From the NCBI RefSeq assembly GCF_006345805.1, contig NC_042998.1, positions 46,934,001 to 46,998,000 on the forward strand: a stretch of 64,000 bases of DNA. Reading direction: 5' to 3'. The notes under the pieces were generated by a model. It did no database searches. It saw only the letters and a program-made list of their open reading frames with translations, and was not told the DNA's origin. The position numbers were made by a program, and so were the translations under genes. Of the stretch, positions 12,435 to 25,605 are shown in pieces. Each line of letters starts with the position of its first letter. Position 1 is the stretch's first letter. This DNA is from Octopus sinensis. Lineage: Eukaryota.

Positions 12435-12926
12435 ATAACTAAAAAAATGTATGATAGATTGCAGTCAATTCATTCTCTCTTACCTGTTTGTGTCTGCCTT
12501 CCAAATGCTGTTTTTACTGAGATCTCCCTTTTTAGTAGAAGAAATAGCTATAACCCTTTGACTGCTATTTCTAAATTCGGTATGTGGTAAGGCAACTCGT
12601 TGCTAAACCCTTATTGCTTAGTATTACTAAATTTTCCTCGAATGAGGCTTTTACATGCCGAAGACTAACTGGTGTAATTGATAATTTTTCCAAATTAATT
12701 AATTTCACCCTTCATTATTACGGATAACCATATTTTATCTCAGTAGATGACCACAGCATCTGTTTTGGCTACAGGCGGGTGGGAAGGGGCTGTTGACACA
12801 ATCGTTTCATTCACAATTGAATTCGGTGATACCAGTTGCGGATTCTAGCTCGCTCTGATACTGAGTGGAGTTGGTGCCTTCTGGTATCTCAAAATTCAAT
12901 ATATAATCATTTATGATTATAGTATT

Positions 12927-13037
12927 CTACGCTGAAGAGAAAAGAAGTTTCGGTAAGATAGAATTATTTATTATTTAATATTTAATATTAATTCTTATGC
13001 TTTCCTTAAAACTTGATTTCGAAACGTACGTCCGTGG
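12927..13037 (+). ncRNA. Type I hammerhead ribozyme (second copy), predicted cleavage after C13032
   Basis: Identical to 12324-12434. Confidence 0.85.
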
Positions 13038-13224
13038 ATAACTAAAAAAATGTATGATAGATTGCAGTCAATTAATTCTCTCTTACCTGTTTGTGTCTGC
13101 CTTCCAAATGCTGTTTTTACTGAGATCTCCCTTTTTAGTAGAAGAAATAGCTATAACCCTTTGACTGCTATTTCTAAATTCGGTATGTGGTAAAGCAACT
13201 CGTTGCTAAACCCTTATTGCTTAG

Positions 13225-13259
<35 letters not shown>

Positions 13260-13273
13260 ATATATATAGATAT

Positions 13274-13307
<34 letters not shown>

Positions 13308-13637
13308 CATATACACATATATATATGTGTGTATGCATGTATATGTATATATATATATTCTGTCTACGTTGTTTTTTCGCCCCCTCTCTCTCTTTTCCTC
13401 TCAATCCTTTCTGTCGGAGAGCGTAGGGTCGAGATGTCAAAGACTTTTCCACTCTTCCCGAGCGTCCAAACTAATACATCTACTTATTGTTCCCTCACCT
13501 GTCTTCGCTTCTTTTGTTTACTGTAAATTTGAACTATATATATATATATATATATATACATACATACACACACACACATATATATATGTATATATATATA
13601 TATATTATATATATATATATTATATATATATATATAT

Positions 13638-14215
13638 AAAGGTCACCAGCCTTTGTGAGAAAATGTGTTTATTTACAAATATGTTGACAGGTATACAATG
13701 GAAAAAGAAAAAAGAAAGGGGAAAGAATAAAAGAAATGAAATTTCAATGAATTGACCACACCAAATTGAAAAAAAACCTCTTTCTCTCTCTCTATCCTTT
13801 TCCCATCCTTTATTTTTAACATTATTTCTCTCCTCTTTCTTGATTTCCTGAAACCTTCTTCTCTCTATCTATCACCTCTTTTCTTTTCTCACTCACTCTC
13901 TCTCTCTCTCTCCTTTTTAAAAAAAAAAAAAAACAGTATTAAAAGTCACCAGCCATTGTGAGAAAATATGTTTATTTGCAAATATGTCGATATGCATACA
14001 ATGGAAAAACAAGAAAAGAAAGAAAGGACGAAAAGAAAAAAAGGGAGAAAAAAAAGAAAAGTACTTTGAAATGAAATTTCAATGAATTGACCTCACCAAA
14101 TTGAAAAGAAACGTCTCTTTCTCTCACTTTCCCTCTCTCCCCATCCTTTATTATTATTGCTTTTTCTCCTCTTTCTTGACTGTCCTGAAACCTCTCTCTC
14201 TCTCTCTATCTATCC
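13638..14215. repeat. Diverged tandem duplication, period about 300 bp
   Basis: gtcaccagcc..tgtgagaaaat..gaaatgaaatttcaatgaattgacc..ccaaattgaaaa repeated. Confidence 0.8.
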
Positions 14216-14583
14216 CCCCACCCGCTTTGCCTTATCTATCCCCCAGCCGACTCGCAGTAGACTTCTCGCGGGTTCGTGCTCAGAACTTCTGTGCTAGCCA
14301 CAGCGTCCGCCTATTCAACGGGACACTGGAAAGTCGCTTCGTCGGCGATTACGCAAACTAAAATTTTAGATCCAATAAGGCTCACACAGCTCCTCATAGA
14401 CACTCTCTTGCCTACCAACTTGATCCACAGACAAGCCATTGGAAAGATATCCATGGCCAATATGAGGCACAAGCTCAGGAATGTGGGAGCGCCATAATTT
14501 CAATCACAAGCAAAAGATTCCCAAAATGTTCAATGCCATTTTCTGCTTATCTCATTTTATATCATAGTGACCTTCTCCTAGAG

Positions 14584-14886
14584 CAGGACCGGCCAACCTG
14601 AGGCCCGCGGGCCATATGCAGCTCGCATACTTTTATCTTGCTGCCCACTTGATACATTCTTGAGATGGTTTTATTTGAACAAACATTTTAAGAAAATGTA
14701 ATAAAGAAAGATACTGCTGTTTTTGCAATGATAATATTTTATGTTGAATCAATGATCATTCATTTATTATTGTAATAATAGCATGAGAAAACAAAATGCT
14801 TTCAATTCTGTCAGTATAAAAGAGTCCCTCAAAGAACTTTCTGTGATTAAAGTGGCCCGCAATGTAATTCGAGTTGGCCAGGTCTG
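14584..14886. mobile_element. hAT-type MITE
   Basis: TIRs caggaccggccaac / gttggccaggtctg; 8-bp TSD-like tcctagag / ttctagaa. Confidence 0.75.
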
Positions 14887-15063
14887 TTCTAGAAACATTC
14901 TTTACCAAAAGTCAAGGGGTGCTTCACTCCCAGTGGTCTTCCAGCAGGCCAGACGCCAACCAGCCCGAAATTTTTGAGAGTCTGTTCAACTGCTACACAG
15001 TTGTTGAACCTACACTAGGTTTATCTGTCCTTTTTGACCTCACCCCGCGTCTATATATGTATG

Positions 15064-15097
<34 letters not shown>

Positions 15098-15479
15098 TGT
15101 ATGTATGTATGTATGTATGCATGTATGTATGTATGCATTTATGTATGTATGTATGTATGTATGTATGTATGTATGTATGTATGTATGTATGTATGTATGT
15201 ATGTATGTATGTATCTATCTAGCTAGCTATATATCTTAATAATGCTAAAACTCAAGAGATGTTTGTGTGTACCGAAACATTTCAGAAATAGTATATTTTA
15301 TCCTCATCTTTTTTTTTTTGCATATTTATCTTCAAACTTACTTTCGACAGTACAGTACACATTTTGTGATATTTGGACTTCTGTTTATTAACGAAAAAGA
15401 TTAAACACAATTTTTGTTTGTTATTTGTTGACGAAAACAAAGATATGGCTTCCGTGACGTCAACACACATACAGAATAC

Positions 15480-15775
15480 TCTCTCTATCCGCTCAGTCGA
15501 AGTCTACTCTCGGTCACTCGTTGGATCAGTGTCCTCCAATCAGTTCTATCCTGGGCCGCTTCCTTCAGATTGGCCATGTCCATTCCGGTATCACTCCTGC
15601 TGGTGTCAAGCCAGCGGGTTCTTGGTCGGCCTCTTCCTCTCTTGCCACTGACCATTCCGAGCATGATGTCCTTCTCCAGTGATTTTCTCCGTATAATATG
15701 ACCGAAATATGCCAATCTACGCTTGGTGATCCCAGCTTATAGCGACATTTTCGGCCTTATCTGCTTAAGAACTTC
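15480..15775 (-). pseudogene. RTE-clade LINE 3' end
   Basis: YFGHIIRRKSLEKDIMLGMVSGKRGRGRPRTRWLD..AAQDRTDWR is a typical RTE C-terminus. Confidence 0.9.
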
Positions 15776-16934
15776 TCCATTCACACATATAATGAATGTC
15801 ATGGCATTTTAATCAACACAAACACACGTCCGCTGCCTGTGACATACACACACATATAGTCTTCGAGCTCTCTAAGAAAGAAAAAACGTTGACTTTTTGA
15901 GGTACACAATATTTTAATCATTTAGAAATATTTCTAACTGAATGTAATTTCAAAAATTGTAAGTTATTTGTGCAGTAAGTATTTATATTTTAGCTTTCTT
16001 TAAAAAGACAATATTTTAATGTTTTTAAAAAAATTACTTTCGTTTTCAAGGGAAAGAGAGGAGAAAGTGAAAGATGTATGTACGTGTATATAAAATGGAC
16101 GTGTGTGTGTGAAAGTGAGAGAGAGAGAGAGAGGGAGCAGGAGAAAGGGAGACAGAGAGGAAGAAAGAGAGATGAATTTAGAAAGAAATATAATACTGAT
16201 TAATCCATTTTGTAAGAAAATGCAAACTCACAGATATTATATAAAACCAATAAATCGAGTACAAAACATGTAAACTGTAGTCGTAAAAGATATAAAAACC
16301 AAACACAATAGCTTCAGAAAATTTTGATAAGGAAACAACATTATTGTAAGAAATAAAGGTCTCTTTTTATATACTAAAATCTCCAAAATTTAGAGATGAA
16401 ATTGTTCGAAGCAAATTTGTTTCAGCTAAATTGGATATAACCTTAAAAAAGAAATCTTCGCTCTCAGATAACTTTGCATTCAACTATCACTCTGGTACTT
16501 TTTACCAACTCAAGAGAAACTTATGAATATTATTTAAATTTCTGTCCGTCTTGTGAAGAAAACTCAGTTAAGATTAACATTATGATTCAAATATAATATC
16601 CAGTTTTAGCTCACATTTTTCTCATGCTACTAATGTGAAAACAGTAAATCACAAACCTATAATGTTCCAAATAATCCAGTGAAATCGTGTCTATTATCAT
16701 GGAGGAATGCTTTGATGATTAATAAAAGTAAACTAATTAAATATAATTATCATAATCGAGTGTAGTAATTATAAATTATCACGGTTGGTGAAATACTTTT
16801 TGTTTCAGGCGTATTCATTTCTAAATATAAGCACTCGGTTATGACACGGTATGTTGAATAAAAAGAAAATTCACGAATAATTAAGTGGTTTGAAACGTTG
16901 GTAAAAGTTCTAGAAGCCGAAAATAATGCATCAA

Positions 16935-17066
16935 TGAAAACGGACACCGCGTGATGATTGTTGCTTTCCTCACAAATGTCAATTCAATACGAACACATTG
17001 CTTGCAGCTAAAATAATGATTTTGTAAATGTTTCAAAAACGTCAGTTCTCTCTGTGCCACTCTATA
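16935..17066. mobile_element. Tc1-like transposon end fragment related to the 58195-59178 element
   Basis: ggacacc.cgtga..aatacgaacacattg..tgcagc.aaa..aatgattttgt shared with 58580-58690; terminal aaaacgtcagttctctctgtgccactctata. Confidence 0.55.
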
Positions 17067-17136
17067 TATTTGAAAGAAACCTGTCTGTCATATCCCATTG
17101 GAAGACGTTTTGCAGGGTATTTGCTGAATATACTCT

Positions 17137-17343
17137 TTACTTTTTACTTGTTTCAGTCATTTGATTGTGGCCATGCTGGAGTACCACCTTTAGTCGAGCA
17201 AATCGATCCCAGGACTCATTCTTTGGATGCCTAGTACTTATTCTATCGGTCTCTTTTGCCGAACCGCTAAGTTACAGGGACGTAAGCACACCAGCATCGG
17301 TTGTCAAGCGATGTTGGGGGGACAAACAGACACACAAGCATAT

Positions 17344-17390
<47 letters not shown>
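17137..17390 (-). mobile_element. SINE family B 3' half (a 5' half lies at 18358-18505)
   Basis: Family B consensus; halves separated by nested SINE C and LINE pieces. Confidence 0.75.
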
Positions 17391-17431
<41 letters not shown>

Positions 17432-17434
<3 letters not shown>

Positions 17435-17732
17435 CATCACGTCATCATCACGTGACCGACCAGTCCATCAGATGTAGTTACACATCGCTGGTCACAATGC
17501 GTTCGCATTGTTTTAGCCTTCGAATGACGCCACCCCGCTGGCTAAGCGAGCAGGCCAACAGAAGAAAGAGTGGTGAAAGAGTACAGCAGGGATCACCACC
17601 CCCTGCCGGAGTCTCGTGGAGCTTTTAGGTGTTTTCGCTCAATAAACACTCACAACGCCCGGTCTGGGAATCGAAACCGCGATCCTACGACCGCGAGTCC
17701 GCTACCCTAACCACTAGGCCATTGCGCCTCCA
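17432..17732 (-). mobile_element. SINE family C (tail C1)
   Basis: Reverse complement of 1395-1698. Confidence 0.85.
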
Positions 17733-17733
17733 C

Positions 17734-17842
<109 letters not shown>

Positions 17843-17894
17843 CTTTTTTCCTCTGGTTTCAGTTCAGAGCTGCGGCCATGCTGATGCACCGCCG

Positions 17895-18255
17895 TTTTGT
17901 GCTACACTGTTATTGCGAAGAACCTCGTCTAATATGTGGCACTTGGTGAAGAATGGATTTTGATATAGCTACTCTCATTTGTACCTCTTGCAGTGAGGTA
18001 GGTTCATCTGCGTCTCTCGACAGGAAGATGTCCAGCTTTGATTAAAAAACCGCTACATCTACTTTGTGCAAGTTCCTCAGACTCTTTGGGAGAATATTAA
18101 AAAGCTGTGGGCCCTTCAAACCCAGGCTGTTGCAGAAGCTGGTCCTGAAGCGTGATGGCATTACTGGGATCTTTGGCACTATACAGTGTCGTCCCGTTCT
18201 AGCATTGGTGTAGCTTACAATGCCAAAATTTGGCACAATTTCTTCCAGGATCTTC
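17895..18255 (-). pseudogene. CR1/L2-like LINE 3' fragment
   Basis: RTGRHCIVPKIP..RTSFCNSLGLKGPQLFNILPKSLRNL..F, then KLDIFLS..DEPT after a frameshift. Confidence 0.75.
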
Positions 18256-18789
18256 CAGACATATATTACTGCATACCTCTCTCGTCTTCTATATATTGAC
18301 TTTATTTAAAAGCAGCAGAAATTTAGCAAAAGCTGTTACTCGGAGTATCACGTATATATATATACGACGTCTACCAAATCCACCCACAAGGCTATGGTCG
18401 GCCCGAGGCTATAGTAGAAGACACTTGCCTAAGGTGTCACGCAGTGGAAGTGAACCCGGAACCATGGGATTCGCAAGCAAGCTACTTACCACAGCCACTC
18501 CTACGCTTATGTGGCGTAAAGTTTGTTAGTTGACTGTGCATTATATCTGAGCAAGAATTGTTCAACCTTGAATTTTGCAGTGAATCTATAATAAAGGCTA
18601 CTATATCTAGAACTACATCATTATCCAATGCATCCTTTTTTCTTTAAGGTAATATGTTGTGATTTGAAGGAGAATTGTCTGCTTTATTCTAGGAAGTTTG
18701 GCGAATGCATCGAAGTCCCTTCCAAGTAGAATTAAAGATGCTATCATATTCAGAACCTGTGATAAAGGCTACACTATCTAGAAATATAT

Positions 18790-19022
18790 ATATTTCTTTA
18801 CTGCTCACAAGGGGCTAAACACAGAGGGGACAAACAAGGACAGACAAACGGATTAAGTCGATTACATCGACCCCAGTGCGTAACTAGTACTTAATTTATC
18901 GACCCCCGAAAGGATGAAAGGCAAAGTCTACCTCGGCGGAATTTGAACTCAGAACTTAACGGCAGACGAAATACGGCTACGCATTTCGCCCGGCGTGCTA
19001 ACGTTTCTGCCAGCTCGCTGCA
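18790..19022 (-). mobile_element. SINE family A monomer with tail type 2
   Basis: Full head and core; tail ends ..gtaaagaaata. Confidence 0.85.
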
Positions 19023-19747
19023 GAACTATCTAGAAATATATCATTAACCAGTAGATGCTTATTTTCTTTGGGATGAGAATTGTCTGGTTTTTCCAGAAGG
19101 TTTCGCGAATGCAGAGAAGTTCTTTCCAAGTAAATGTTAAAAATGCTAATATTTTCCGGCTTGTTTGTGTTCTTAAAAGTGACAGCAATCAATATCTACT
19201 TTACTACTGTGTTAATCATTCATTAAGACCTCTAATTGAAGTCATGGATTTTAAAACATGGAGGCTTCAACGTATGACATATCTTGTTGACAAGGGTTTG
19301 GAAACATTGTGTTATTTTTTTAAAAAATATTTGTATGAAATGTCAGGCTTGCCATTACAATACAACTTCATGTGTGACCATGGAAGACTGACTGAAGATA
19401 AATATTAGTTAAATGAACGTTCCTCATTTATAAACATGATGTATTACGCACATAGATATATTCAGATGTACACGGACGAATATTAAGGCATATATAAGCA
19501 TGTATTTACACACACACACAAGCGCGCGCACACACACACGTATATGAATACATACATATGGATGTGTATGTATATATATACATATATAAATATACATACG
19601 TGTAAGTATATATATATATATATGTGTATGTATAAATATATATATATATAGGTATATATGTATGTTTGCATTATCTGTCTGTCTGTCTATCTATCTATCT
19701 ATATATATACATGCATATGTATAGATACGAATATATATATATACATG

Positions 19748-19894
<147 letters not shown>

Positions 19895-20312
19895 CGTATA
19901 CACACGCGCATATATATATATATAGCTTCTTTTTATGTATGTATATGTATGCTTTTGTTGCCAGTTTATTGTAGGAGCTGAAATTTATAAAACAAAGTGT
20001 CAAGAATAGATGACACAGTAAAAATACCGTTTCAAATATACCATGTCTCCTTTCCACACTCTTGTCCAGAATTAATTACTCTTTCACATCAAAACGTAAG
20101 AATATGTAAAATCTTACACTTTGGTTTTGTTTCTGAATACAACCAATAATCGTGGTTGTTGAGAGAGGCTGTCAACCGATTCTCAAGCAATTGTAGGCTA
20201 AAAGAGCCGTCGTTTAACCGAATAATTTTTGTATGGCACCCAGAGGGTGGGAAGAATTTCGGCACACACTTCCTGTAGTATATTTAGAGCGAATCAAATA
20301 GTAGGGCATATA

Positions 20313-20562
20313 GCACCACCACCACCACCACCACCACCAGCACCACCAACACCACCACCACCACCAGCACCACCAACACCACCAGCATCAGCACCACCAG
20401 CACCACCAGCACCACCACCAGCACCAGCACCAGCACCAGCACCAGCACCAGCACCAGCAGCAGCAGCACCACCACCACCACCACCACCACCACCACCAGC
20501 ACCACCACCAGCCTCACCACCACCAGCCTCACCACCACCACCACCAACAACAACAACAATAA
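20313..20562. repeat. (ACC)/(AGCACC)n tract continuous with a SINE A 3' tail
   Basis: Explains poly-P/A and poly-V/G ORFs. Confidence 0.85.
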
Positions 20563-20792
20563 TAATCCTTTCTGTTATAGGCACAAGGCCTAAAATTTTG
20601 GAGCATGGGGAGAGCCGCAAGGGCAGCAGTTTTGGAGGAGGGGGATAAGTCGATTTCATCGACGTCAGTGTTCAACTGGTACTTATTTCATCCCCCCCCC
20701 CCGAAAGGATGAAAAGCCAAGTCGACCTCGCCGGAATTTGAACTCAGAACTGAGCGTCCAGCGTGCTAACGATTCTGCCAGATCGTCGCCTT
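20563..20792 (-). mobile_element. SINE family A monomer (tail type 1)
   Basis: Family A core. Confidence 0.8.
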
Positions 20793-20823
20793 AATAATAA
20801 TAATGATGATGATGATGATGATG

Positions 20824-20891
<68 letters not shown>

Positions 20892-21169
20892 GGGTAGTCA
20901 TGATGGGTATATTGGGCTTCGTATATTTTACCCCAGTGTCACTTTGATGGCATGAACTGCTCTCTCACTCAATAATAATAATAATAATAATGATAATAAC
21001 CTCAACAATATGATACAGATCCAGGCAGTATTGATGGTAACTAACAATGCTGTAATGGTAAGGTTAAAGTAACTGTAACAGTACTAATGGCGAAGTTGAC
21101 AATAGTGGCAAAGACAACAACTGTCTCTACATCTGCCATAATACAGGACTCAATACTAATAATTTTAGT

Positions 21170-23630
21170 GTAGCGCAAATATGTCTTACGAAACAAAAAG
21201 AAAAGCTACAACCGTACACCAAATCGCTTGTCCTATGGTGAATCTGGAAGCGCGTGCCCTAGTAGAGAGCCAGCCTGGGTTCGAAAAGTAATCCACTGAC
21301 ACAAACGTTTCTCTGAATACGAGCCTGGGTGGCCACATGAACGGGAACTGCCCCAGCTTGAGCCCTGCAAGTCCACTACCACACCCACCACCACCGAAAG
21401 AAAAATGTAAGATCAAATGGACCCGAGAATAATATACAGAATATACGCATATTACCATGCATTAGATAGGCCATCTAAAGAGAGAGACACCGCACACTCT
21501 AATCAAATATAGAGAGCATTAAAACAAGACGGCAGACCGTATCTGAACGAAAACAAGTTAGCAAAAATTAGAAGGGATATCTTCAGAAATAAAAGACTCA
21601 TAGATTATGAAATAACCACGATCAAGCACGCAGCAGAAAATTAACTAAATATAAGACAGAAAAGAAATAAAGGGCCAGACGAAGAGAGCAACTCTTCGCG
21701 TGTTTCAATTGAAATACTGCCATCTGACCAGAATACGCAAATGTCTGAAGAAATAAATTGTAATGAACCTGATAAAGATAGTGAGAAAAGTGGTAAAAAG
21801 AAACAATATTTGAAGATTACACATTTACTGAAGAACATAGAGAGTCTATGATAGAAATGAAGCAGAAAATCCTGAATAAGTTTGCAGTTGTAAGACACGA
21901 CAATATGCATGATAGAGAGCCACTTCATAAACTCTCAAATACAGTCCAAAATAGAAAAGAAATTAAAATTTGAAACTATGTAACAAAAGAAATTATACAA
22001 GAACTAAAACCAGATCTCACTGAATTAAACGAAATTGTTTACGCAGCTGCTACGACAATTAAAACCAGTTCTATGTCTCTAAAAAAAAACATAGGAAATA
22101 AGAACCTGAGAAGAATTCCAAACTGGAAATGTAAAATTGAAAAAAGAGATTGAAATAATGAGAGGTGAAATTTCAATATTGAATGAACTAACCTGTGGAA
22201 TCGATGTAAAATGAAGAAAAGGAAGAAAAAGGAAGAGAAAACAGATTTTCAAGAAGAGAACAAAAGGAACACTGCAACAAAAAGTCCAAGCAAAAGCTCA
22301 AAGAATACGAAGATTTTAGAAGAGAAACAAGTTTTACAAGCAAAAGAAGCTGTTCACGTCCAATGCGAAAACATTCCACAGAAAAATAGGGAAGGAGAAA
22401 ATAACTGTTGAGTACCTCTCTTCCATGGAAGAAGCCGAAAACATTTGAAAAATATCTGGAATGATGAAAAGACTTACAAGGAAAATGCAGACTGGATTAG
22501 TCGCATAGAAAGATCCCACCAAATCTTATCAAAGCAAGCATGGGAAGACATCACAGTAACAGACCTGAGGATGATACTCACGAAGGTTCATAAGTAGAAA
22601 TCCTCTGGTAATGATAGGGTGCCAAATTTCTGTCTCGCATTGCTCTCGTGCGCACGCGAAAAGTTAGTTCAATTATTGAATGTAATTATGAGAGAGCCTC
22701 GGAAAACACCTGATTGGTTAGCAAGAGATATTATTTACCTACTCCCGAAGAATAATGAAACCAAATTTCCCCAAAACTATCGGCCAATGGCATGTCTATC
22801 TACCACGTATGAAATTTTAACATCCACCCTCGTGGAGAAAGCATACAAATTTATGGAACAGAACGATATTATCCCAACTGAACAAAAAGGGTGCCGACGC
22901 GGTTCATATGGATGCAAAGACCAACTCTTAATTAATAGCAGGACCATTGAGAACTGTCACAACAAACGCAGAAATCTCAGTTCTGCATGGATTGATTATA
23001 AAATTGCCTTTGACAGCATATCACATTCAGGGATCTTGAAATGGCTGGATATCTTCAAAATTTCTCCTGTGATTTCAAATTTCCTGAAGCCCAACATGTC
23101 AGTGTGGAATACGAATTTTCAATTATTATTATTTTTTCTTCTACTCTAGGCACAAGGACCTAAATTTTTGAGGAGAGGGCCAGTCAATTAGATCGACTCT
23201 AGTACGCAACTGGTACTTAATTTATCGACCCTGAAAAGATGAAAGGCAAAGTCGACCTCGGCGGAATTTGAACTCAGAACGAAAAGACAGACGAAATACC
23301 GCTAAACATTTCGCCCGGCGTGCTCACTTTTCTGCCAGCTCGCTGCCTTACGAATTCCCAGTCATACAACTCTAATGGAATACTGACCACAAAAAATATT
23401 AATATCAACTGCCGCATTTTCCATAGCCCTAATACTCCTTACAAGTCAACTTAACAATACAGGGTATAGATCTAAAATTGGCGACAAGAAAATACGTCAC
23501 CTATTTTATATGTATGACTTAAAACTCAAGGGGAAAGGCGATAATGAGCTTGACGGACTACTATGTACTGTGAAAGCATTCAGTGATGACATCGGGATGG
23601 AATTTGGTCTTGATAAATGTACCAAGGCAT
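21170..23630 (+). pseudogene. R4/Dong-clade LINE, 5' and RT portion, 3'-truncated, interrupted by a SINE
   Basis: ORF 22619-23149 PQNYRPMACLSTTYEILT..EQKGCRRGSYGCKDQLLIN..AWIDYKIAFDSISH; resumes after the SINE with KIRHLFYMYDLKL (decayed YMDD) ..DDIGMEFGLDKCTK; many stops upstream. Confidence 0.9.
23118..23348 (-). mobile_element. SINE family A inserted in the Dong RT region
   Basis: 8-bp TSD tacgaatt at 23110-23117 and 23349-23356. Confidence 0.9.
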
Positions 23631-23677
23631 AAGAAATGCTTTGCCTCATCAGTGGAATATACACAGATAGTACATAA

Positions 23678-23716
<39 letters not shown>

Positions 23717-23954
23717 ACATACGAATACTTACATTATATATGCACGTATGCACACGACCAGTTTATATATATATATCTATATAATATATATATATATATA
23801 TCTGTATGTATGTGTGTGTACATATAAAAATGCATATACACTTATAATCATATATACACATTTGTATACATAAATATATACATATGCATATGTTCAAATA
23901 TATACATGCTTACAATCATGCTCACGCACACATATATGTAGTAAGGAGAGAGAG

Positions 23955-24054
23955 NNNNNNNNNNNNNNNNNNNNNNNNNNNNNNNNNNNNNNNNNNNNNN
24001 NNNNNNNNNNNNNNNNNNNNNNNNNNNNNNNNNNNNNNNNNNNNNNNNNNNNNN
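23955..24054. other. Assembly gap (100 N)
   Basis: Run of n. Confidence 1.
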
Positions 24055-24649
24055 AGTGTTTCTCAATTCATCTTATCGATCTCTGCAGATACATGTGGAA
24101 ATATATTATCAAATTTGGCCGACAGAGATCCTATATTTAAAAATAGAGGCATTGTAGCGACACTAATTGTAAATATAAATAATATCATTGACACTTATTA
24201 GTGACACTAATTTTGAATATCAATAATATCATTGAAAGAAAATACCACACGGGGGCGTTTTGCTTACAAAATAGAAATATCGTACGGTTTCACATATATA
24301 ATATTCTGTTCAAGAAAATAAATCAACTAAAATTATCCATCCTACATTGCACATGTTTTCAAGGATTTTGTTTAAATACTCTCATGATAGTCCTGCCCTG
24401 CTTTCACTGGAATTGTGACAGAAACTCCCTTTCCTATCTGGGGTACGGCAGCAGTTTTGTTTTGCCTTCTCGTGCAAGCTCTCTGTCCTCATTTGTATGA
24501 CAAGTTTTAGGCACTGTGATAAAAGACATTCAACTTTAAGGCACCAACTACGGCCTCAAATGAAATATATATAATATATGAATGTATATATTTGTGCCTG
24601 TACTGAAAAGGATATAACATTAAAACAAATATTTATATATATTATATTG

Positions 24650-24704
<55 letters not shown>

Positions 24705-24727
24705 ATATATATGTGTTGTGTAATATA

Positions 24728-24773
<46 letters not shown>

Positions 24774-24871
24774 ATTGTATAATATATATATATATATTTT
24801 TATATTATATATATATATGTATGTATATATATTCTATATATGTGTGTGTGTATACAAACACACTACACATA

Positions 24872-25542
24872 TTCGAGGGGAAGTGAAAAAAAATATCCGC
24901 AGTTTCACCATAACGTATCTTTATTATTGTCACACTGCCTTCTGCGTATGCGTGTTTATAGTTGGTATTATTGTGGTCACGTGATCGAAGTTTGGGCTTG
25001 GTCGCGCCATTTTCCTTTCTGGCTTTACAGTATAAGCATGTCCGCTCAACCAGCAATGTGCACCTAAAAGAACAAAGAGTAGTGATCCGATTTCTCTTGT
25101 CGGAAGTTGTATCAGGTGCTGAAATTCATCGGAGGCTTTTAGCACAATACAGAGACAGTCTGCTACAGTGTAGAAATGTGTATGAGTGGATCGGGAAGTT
25201 TAAAAGTGGCCGGAATAGCATGGCGCACGAAGAAGGAGTAGGACGCCCATCAACCCCCAACACTGAAGAGAAGATTCTGCATACTCGAGAGATGGTAATG
25301 GTGAACCGATTCACCATCACTATCTCTCGGATCACTGCTCTTTGTTCTTTTTAGTGCACAATGGTAGTGGAGCGGCTATGCTCATACTGTAAAGGCAGGA
25401 AAAAAAATGGTGCGATGAGGCTGAAACTTCGATCACGTGACCACGACAGTAACAACTATAAGCACGCAAGTGCAGAAGGCAGTGTGACAATAATAAAAGC
25501 ATGTTATGGTGAAAGAAGTGATGCTTTTTGACTTCCCCTCGT

Positions 25543-25544
<2 letters not shown>
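24872..25544 (+). mobile_element. Mariner-derived fold-back element: left end plus transposase HTH, then an inverted second left end
   Basis: TIR cgaggggaagt.aaaaa at both ends; about 220-bp inverted arms; middle encodes EQRVVIRFLLSEVVSGAEIHRRLLAQYRD..VYEWIGKFKSGRNSMAHEEGVGRPST (mariner N-terminal HTH). Confidence 0.9.
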
Positions 25545-25578
<34 letters not shown>

Positions 25579-25605
25579 GTACATATATATATGTGTGTTT
25601 GTGTG

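Larger units (their letters stand above)
12213..13227 (+). mobile_element. Retrozyme-like non-autonomous element: two 412-bp direct repeats (12213-12624, 12816-13227) and a 191-bp spacer, inserted in (TA)n
   Basis: Repeats differ at only 2 positions I could find; period 603 bp; no ORF of 60 aa or more; each repeat carries an intact hammerhead. Confidence 0.8.

Noticed and set aside
14370-14575. Open frame resembling a hAT transposase piece (HSLAYQLDPQ..KRFPKCS)
   Set aside because: Similarity too weak to support without a profile search; equally plausible frames exist on the other strand
19055-19408. 117-aa ORF; likewise 50766-51080 (+) and 55942-56457 (-)
   Set aside because: Partly repeat-derived, no domain motif, and no consistent splice context
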